From NCBI GenBank assembly GCA_951406725.2, contig OX597816.1:74586001-74650000 (forward strand): DNA of 64,000 nt, given 5' to 3'. The notes beneath the pieces are model-generated. The model saw nothing but the letters and a program-made list of their open reading frames with translations, did no database searches and was not told the origin of the DNA. The position numbers and the translations under genes were made by a program. The DNA is from Octopus vulgaris. Its lineage: Eukaryota. Positions 55,870 through 64,000 of the stretch are shown piece by piece (the first letter of the stretch is position 1; the number at the start of each line of letters is the position of its first letter).

Positions 55870-58009
55870 TAACAAATTATATACAAACACATTTACATAA
55901 ATACGTATGCACTGTATAGAAAGAAGTATGCATATGTATGTCGGTGTGCGTGCGTGTCTGTATTTGTATTTCAGCGCTTGATTACTGGTGTTGGTTTATT
56001 TACATCCCCTTAACTTAGCGGTTCGGGGAAAAAAGGCGGATAAAAAAGTACTGAATCTTAAAAAATATAGTGAATCTGATTGCCCAAAACCTCCTAAGAC
56101 TGTGCCCCAGCATGGCTCCGTCCATTGACTGACGCAAGCAAAGAGAATAAAAGAATAATATATCAGTTTCTCTCTTTATATCTATAATAAATATAAATAC
56201 ATAAATACACACCCTCTTCCAACATTGAATTAATTTGTTAATTTCACCTCATTTAATTATATATTTTTAATTTACCAGCTCTCAAATTATTTTTGCATAA
56301 TATCCTCTCACTTATTACGTATATCTACATATTAATCTTCTAATTACATATCTACATCAAAGCTCATTACCCCGATTTAATATATCTGACGCCCTACCTC
56401 CCAAAGGTACAGCTGGCGGAACCATTAGAGCATTGGAAAATTGCCTTATGATATTTATTTCACCACTTCGCGTTCTCAGTTCAAATTCCACAGGGATTAA
56501 CTTTGCTTTCATCCTGTCGAAGTCGATAAAATATAATACTAATCATAATACTAATGTTGAATAAAGCGACTAACATCATCCATCAAAATTGCTGGCCTTA
56601 CGCCTAAATTAGAGGATTCAGTAATACTAGTTTCTTTCTAGAGAATGCTATTTACATATTCCTCTACGAAATTATAATAGCAACGTCATACTTTATAAAT
56701 TACCATTTTGATGAACTAATTTTATTTTATATCATTTGATATTGTATTTATATATTTATAATATATTTTCTTCATTATAATTGCTTCAAATTATGTAATT
56801 AAATAGATTGCTTTACTTTTCATTTTCATTTCTTTTCATTTTTCTCTTTTTCTTTTAATTATTCATTCTTTTACTTGTTTCAATCATTTGACTGCGGCCA
56901 TGCTGGAGCACTGCCTTGAAAAGTGGAAGCCATGCAGAAAAGGTCCCATTACATTGACCTCAGTGTTTAAATGGTACTTATTTTCTCGACCCCCGAAAGG
57001 GTGAAAGGCAAAGTCCACCTCGGTAAAATTTGATTTCAGAACGTGAAGACGGACGAAATGCCACTAAGCATTTTGCTCAGCGTGCAGATTTTTTAGGAAA
57101 GTAAGATGGCACCTACTATCCCTCATAAGGTCTCCGAAAATAGCGAGAGGGAAAGAAGGAGAACAATGCCCTCATATCAGTAACCCGAGGATCGCAACAG
57201 GATGAACTCTGCAAAAGACACCCAAGTTACCAGGCTATGATATTAAACCGGATGACAGATTGAATCGGTCAAGAGAAAACTGCGGCCCGCGGGACTTTCT
57301 GAATGGCACACCAATGAAAATTATTTTGATTTTTTTTTTAGTCATGCGGCCCTCATATGAGTCATATCACATGCATCCCACTTCTTAATAAAGGATGCCC
57401 ATAACTCGACATTTGCAAAGTTCCACCAGCCTACTTCCCTGCATTGGTACATTTTTAATTGACCCTGAAAAGACAAAAAGCAAAGTTGGCCCCGGTGGGA
57501 ATTGAACGCAAAGTTCTGAGTATCAGAACAAATACTGTCAGACACTTAAAAATATTCTGTCAGTATATATAACTTGACAACATGCAGATTTAAATTTGAG
57601 CGCATATCACCAGTTTTGAAATAATTGCTTCTAATGTAAGCACAAGACCCGAAATTTGACATTTGAACTCAGAACATAAAAACTGAATAAATGCCGTAAA
57701 GCATTCTGTCTGGTGTGTTAACGGTTCCGCCAACACGCGGCCTATACAGTAATAAAGCCAATAATAATAATAATAATGGTTTCAAATTTTGTCACGAAGA
57801 CAGCTGTTTTGAGGGAAGGGATAAAAAGTTGATTACATCGACCCCAGTGTTCAAATGGTATTTATTTTATTGACCTCCGAAAGAATGAAAGACAAAGTCG
57901 GCCGTGGCAGCATTTGAACTCAGAACGTAAAGATGGACGAAATGCTGCTAAGCATTTTGATCGGCGTGCTAACGATTCTGCCAGTTCGCCGCCTTAATAA
58001 TAATAATAA

Positions 58010-58057
<48 letters not shown>

Positions 58058-58059
<2 letters not shown>

Positions 58060-58613
58060 GCCCTGATGCAGTACCAGGCAGTGGCTCTCGTGGCTTCTAA
58101 TCTTAACTGGTTGGAAGTGTTATTATGTACATTGTTTTGTCTTGATATAAAAGATGGGCTACAGCAAATATTCTGCTCAATACCACAGATTTGTTTGTCA
58201 GTTGTTTGACCATAACCAGTTGAGCATGTCCCTTAGTGGCTGACAATATGTGCATCTCTGATCACGAGCAGAAGTAGTGGGGGAGCATCATAGCCATGTG
58301 TTGAAAGGAATTCTTGGAGGTTTGGATAATTCACCTTTGGAAACATGAGTGGTTCGTTGAACATCCTTAAAGAATCCTTATTCAAGGACCTTTTGAGCGG
58401 GAGGGGCTACTCGACCAGAAGAAAAATTATTTGGGCCCCACCTGCAAGGTCATCTGCTGTTTATCTTGATATGAGATCACCATGTCGCGCACATATGGTT
58501 GTGATGCATGTGCCTAGTGTACCCTTATTAGATGCGTAGTCATGATGGGTATACTGGGCTTCGTATATTTTACCCCAGTGTCACTTTGATGGCATGCACT
58601 GCTCGCTCACTCA
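58058..58613. mobile_element. Unclassified ~555-bp insertion inside an (AAT)n tract
   Basis: Sharply bounded, higher-GC block flanked on both sides by (AAT)n. No ORF or TIR was recognised. Confidence 0.45.
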
Positions 58614-59472
58614 ATAATAATAGTAATAATAATAATAATAACAGTAATAATAATAGTTCTCCTTTCATATGATAACGTCTTTAATGTGCTTTGACCCAAA
58701 CGACTAACATGTGCAACCTTATACCTACCCGTTCACCATTAGTTCCCTAAAATTTTCTTTAACGGTTTATATCTTTTTCTGTAAATCCAACACCTCCCAT
58801 TTCCTACGATTATGATCCTTTGGAAATATATGACTTACTTCCCTTACTTAATTTCTAATTATGGAATTAAGCTAAAGTAATTAGAAATTTTCCGTTATGT
58901 CGCTTTAGGTTTCCAAAATGTGTTATAAAGCACTTCTTTTCCATATTTGTTGTTCAACAATACATCTAGAATATATAACCCTATCTTTTTGCATATGTTT
59001 AACATAGTGTAAATTTGTCTCTCTCTCTTCCTCTCTCTCTCTCTCTCTCTCTCTCGCTTTCTTCCCCTCTTTTACTCTCTCTCTCCCCATCTCTCCCACA
59101 CATGCGCACAGATACATACACACACATACTCACAAACACATACATACACATGATCCAAGCATAAACAATACTGATAATGATATTTTTATCGTTTCAAATT
59201 TCTTTGACAATTCTCAATGCGAAATTTTGGCACCTTTCCTTATCTTAAGAATGCATTTTTCTACTATAGTGCCTAGAGTTGAAAACATCAGTACTTGGTT
59301 GATACTAATTTCAGTTTACTATACAGGACGTGAAACGTGAAACGATGTGCCTCACTCAAAGACATAACACGTCACCTGATCTGCGAATCGAACCAAAGAC
59401 CTTGTGACAGGGTGCTTTAATGCGTGTGTGTATGCGTGTGCACGGCCGCGCATGCGTGTGTGTGTGTCTGTG

Positions 59473-59541
<69 letters not shown>

Positions 59542-59547
59542 TTGTGT

Positions 59548-59950
59548 GTGGCTGTGTGGTAAGTAGCTTGCTTACCAACTACATGGTTCAGGGTTCAGTC
59601 CCACTGCGTGGCACCTTGGGCAAATGTCTTCTACTATAGCCTCGGGCCGACCAAAGCCATGTGAGTGGATTTGGTAGACGGAAACTGAAGGAAGCCCGTC
59701 GTATGTATGTATATACATATTTGTATGTGTGTGTGTATGTTTGTGTGTCTGTATTTGTCCCCCCAGTATCGCTTGACAACCGATGCTGGTGTGTTTACGT
59801 CCCCATAATCTAGCGGTTCGGCACAAGAGACCGATAGAATAAGTACTAGGCTTACAAAGAAGAAGTCCTACAGTCGATTTCTTCGACTAAAGGCGGTGTT
59901 CCAGTATGGTCGCAGTCACATGAGTGAAACAAGTAAAAGAGTAAAAGAGA
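59548..59950 (+). mobile_element. SINE family A, near full length
   Basis: Colinear with 10229-10690. Confidence 0.88.
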
Positions 59951-60073
59951 GAGAATATCCTACATTATATCGGAACAGCTCGATGCAACCCAAAAAAACT
60001 GGTTCACTAGTCAGCATCATTAGACTGTGGCCGGAATAGGAGCCTTATTGTGTGTGTGTGTGTGTATGTGTGT

Positions 60074-60146
<73 letters not shown>

Positions 60147-60941
60147 GCCCCGATCGGCTCTGAAACGGTGCGTCCTCGAGAAAAACGGATTTGATTTTCT
60201 AAATCTGCATCTCAAAGAGGCTTTTGATAGATAATAATGAAGAAATATAATTTTTCATACGAGAAATAACTCAACTACTAGATCGCTAAACGTCCTCTCT
60301 ATCTGTCATATCTGTCTATCTGTGTCTTTCCCCCACCTCTCTCTCTCTATATATAATATATATTTACCACACACACACTCTCTCTCTCTCTCTCTCTCCC
60401 TCTATCTCTCTCTCTCTCTCTCTCTCACACGATTGCTGCCCCACCTTCTTTCTCTTGGTATGACATGTAATCGCTTTCATTTTGTTTCCGACTTCGTTGT
60501 CCTAATGTTTGCTTTCGTTTTGTGATAGACAGCTATTACACAGAAAGTGCTAACTTCAAAATCCTGTTTTCTGAGTGGGTAAAATTGATATAAACATTTG
60601 TAACATTTTTTCTAAAACTTTTCTGAAATAAACTAATCACGTTCTGCGTCCAAATTCCGCTAAGGCTGACTTTGCCTTTCAAGCTTTCGGAGTCGGTAAA
60701 ATAAATATCAGTTTCCAACTTTCCCCAAATTGCTGGCCTTGTGCTAAAATCTGAAGCCAGTATATATAACCAGTGGTACTCTTCAGTTAAACGGTCTTGT
60801 GCCTTCCAGCCAAGGAAACCGTAATTATTTAGGAAAATATACCTAACAAACAATTTTAGATGACACGCCTGTTTTTGTTGTTATATACATATATGCTGCG
60901 TATATTTATATATATATATATATATATATGTGGGGGGGGGG

Positions 60942-61024
<83 letters not shown>

Positions 61025-61026
<2 letters not shown>

Positions 61027-61216
61027 CTTATAAACAAGGGCAAAAGAAAATTATTTCTGTGCCAATATGCGGATAACAGACTTTTAAATCGTCAATTTCC
61101 ACATATTATTAATAATAATAATTTCCACTTAATAACATGTGGAAATTGACGATTTAAAAGTCTGTTATCCGCATATTGGCACAGAAACAATTTTCTTTTG
61201 CCCTTGTTTGTAAGTT
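61025..61216. repeat. Fold-back with ~85-bp arms next to (TA)n
   Basis: aacttataaacaagggcaaaagaaaatt..ttccacat is mirrored by atgtggaa..aattttcttttgcccttgtttgtaagtt. Confidence 0.92.
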
Positions 61217-61307
61217 GTTTATAATTTTAAGCTTTAAAGGTATTTTAATATACTGCCACTTTTAGATGAAATTTTTTTCTGTAAAAAAACTTCATCCTAT
61301 ATTAGTA

Positions 61308-61368
<61 letters not shown>

Positions 61369-61834
61369 GTGTGTGTACGTGTACGCAGGCACACGCAAAA
61401 CATACGCACTCATATACATCATTTTAAAAATATTATTTAAATAACAACACGGTTTCACGAGAAAGGTCAGTAGATTGACTTCTCTGATGTGAAGATAAGA
61501 TGTTGGGAGTAATCCCACGAAAATCAGAAATGAAATAGGAAACGTAAGCTTCAAACAGCATTTTTGCACGTTTCGCTCTCGAGTTTCTTTAAAAAGAACA
61601 TAGAGACAGGCATTTTCTTCATCAACTTTTATATAATATTAAAAAGAACATTCAAACAAACAACAGCTATTACAAGGAAAAACAGGCTCGGATTACCAGC
61701 TGAATGATCGGGGTTGAGTTCTGTAATTTACCGTTGTCGGTGAATCAACAAAGATCTATGAGTGCCTGTATGTTTGTGTTTATACATGTTTATAGATATA
61801 ACATTGGTTTTTCCCTTTATATATATATATATAT

Positions 61835-61881
<47 letters not shown>

Positions 61882-61967
61882 TACAAATTAGATGATAGTT
61901 TTCCGAACTCAGAATTGCCGGCGATTCTGCGTTCGAAAAAGTATCATCTAATTTGTATCGTTATATG

Positions 61968-62013
<46 letters not shown>

Positions 62014-62054
62014 TGTATGTATGTATGTATGTATGTATGTATGTATATACATAT

Positions 62055-62121
<67 letters not shown>

Positions 62122-62152
62122 ATATATGGATGGATAGATAGATAGACACACA

Positions 62153-62267
<115 letters not shown>

Positions 62268-62459
62268 TGCGCAGGCGTAGGTGAGTGGCATAGGTGTTGC
62301 TGTCATAAGAAGTTTGCCTCCCAACCACATAGTTCCACGTTCAGTCCCACTGCATAGCACCTTGGACATGTGTCTTCTATTTAGCTTCGGAACGATCAAA
62401 GCATTGTGAGTGGATTTGGTAGACGAAAACTTAAAGGAGCTTGTCGTGTGTGTGCGTGC

Positions 62460-62490
<31 letters not shown>

Positions 62491-62819
62491 TCCATTCAAA
62501 GCTTTTCTTGAAAGTCTTCGCACTTTATACTAAATAATAAAATATCAGCATTTTGAGTACTTTTATTGGAAGTTATTATAAAACTGAAAGTTCCATAACG
62601 ATTTCCTTATTTCCCGTTGTTACTTATCTGTTGGTCCTATTTCTTTTCTTACTTCACGCTTTCCCTGTTTGCTAGTCAAGGCAATATGATATGCACCTCA
62701 TCTTTCCACTCATTTTCATTTTTCTTCGATTTTACTCGTTTATTTGTTTAACGGTCACTTACGTATATTCATCTCCTTACTGTGGAAGCAAACACATTGC
62801 TACAAGAAACATTCCAGAA

Positions 62820-63261
62820 GTTTGGGGACTTTTTCAGAAAAGACATTTATTAATTTCACAGCAGTATAAAACTCTAATATCTTTTAAAGTAGGATCTTCT
62901 GACTTCAATGCACTTGTTGTAACGCTCCCTGCCACTTTCTGAAAGCCCCATGGAAGTCCTCCAAAATGAAGATGTCCGGGACTATTGTCACATCCTCCTT
63001 CATCTTTAAAACGTCTGTCCTTGATGTTCTACTTCAGTTTGGTGAACAACCAACTGTCAAGGGGTAAGGGACAGTTTTGACGCCCATCTCTGTTAAGTTG
63101 GAACATACTTTGCACAAATTTTGCGCATGTTCTTCGTGTGCAGATCTTCATGTTCCAACTCCAAACTCCAAACTGTATGCTTATTGCTTTTACAGACATA
63201 CAACAGTTGTCGTCCATAAAACTTCGAATTTTTCAACCAGCTCTAATGTTCTAACATCCCC

Positions 63262-63323
<62 letters not shown>

Positions 63324-63470
63324 CTCCTACACTTCTCACCATCTTACACCTCCTCTCTACCGTCATTGAATCTCTTGCACCATGGAAAAGGTTAATCCAT
63401 AAGCATTCTGGAGCATATCTCAAGTTTCGGTAGCGTTTTTGTCCAGTTTAATACAAAATATTGTTGCTGT
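62820..63470 (-). mobile_element. Degenerate mariner remnant
   Basis: Minus fragments FCIKLDKNATET*DMLQNAYG, WCKRFNDGREEV*D and FHGAFRKWQERYNKCIE match mariner transposase N- and C-termini. Confidence 0.7.
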
Positions 63471-63834
63471 TGTGTGGACGCCCCCAGACGATGAAGTTGG
63501 CTAGCCCAATACGTAGATATAGAGGGGGAAGTCTAGACGCCGTCAGAGTAGCGGTAAGAGTGGAGTAGAGTTGAGTAGTAGAGGCATCCGAACGTGCGAC
63601 ATAACAGTTGCATAGCGTGATTCCAGACGTCCCGTCTGCATTCTGTAAACTAGTCACCTGTGATAAACAGCGTTTAATAGGGTGTGTTCAAAGACCGTCT
63701 TCTTCAAACTGGAATAACAAAAGTTGGCAGGTCAGCTTATAAGACGTATGGTAATGATATACTAACATTACAATAATCTAAAACAGTTATAACTGCTTCA
63801 CCTAAAAAAGTCTCAATACTTTTTTGGAATGCGT

Positions 63835-64000
63835 GGAGGCGCAATGGCCCAGTGGTTAGGGCAGTGAACTCGCGGTCGGAGGATCGCGGTTTCGATTCCC
63901 AGATCGGGCGTTGTGTGTGTTTATTGAGCGAAAACACCTAAAAGCTCCAAGAGGCTCCGGCAGGGGGTGGTGGTGACCCCTGTTGTACTCTTTCGCCCCA
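63835..64000 (+). mobile_element. SINE family C, runs off the window end
   Basis: ggaggcgcaa-TGGCCCAGTGG (A box) and GGTTTCGATTCC (B box). Confidence 0.88.

Noticed and set aside
63469-63718. Solo LTR (TG...CA)
   Set aside because: No target-site duplication or second copy was seen.
63835-63910. tRNA gene
   Set aside because: A and B boxes run into a repeated SINE body, with no acceptor stem or terminator. The same holds for the other SINE heads.

Overview
AT-rich, microsatellite-saturated eukaryotic DNA. The SINE, LINE and Penelope content looks like a coleoid cephalopod, probably Octopus; this is inference, not a search result. One host gene is visible, on the minus strand. It encodes a Cys-rich extracellular protein built of ~44-aa six-cysteine EB/EGF-like modules. 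Two exons can be defined: a 135-nt one-module exon (42504-42638) and a 1596-nt twelve-module exon (3722-5317), both phase 1-1. The gene continues beyond the last exon I can define. Almost all other sequence is intron or intergenic DNA filled with transposable elements. These include three Penelope-like GIY-YIG fragments, about a dozen intact, degenerate or variant minimal hammerhead ribozyme motifs, and many (TA)n-embedded fold-back elements. There are also L1/Tx1 and RTE LINE 3' ends, mariner derivatives, MITEs, a Helitron and four tRNA-derived SINE families. Most ORFs in the supplied track are translations of microsatellites. The most interesting points are the dibasic-linked module array (a possible peptide polyprotein) and the hammerhead/fold-back system.
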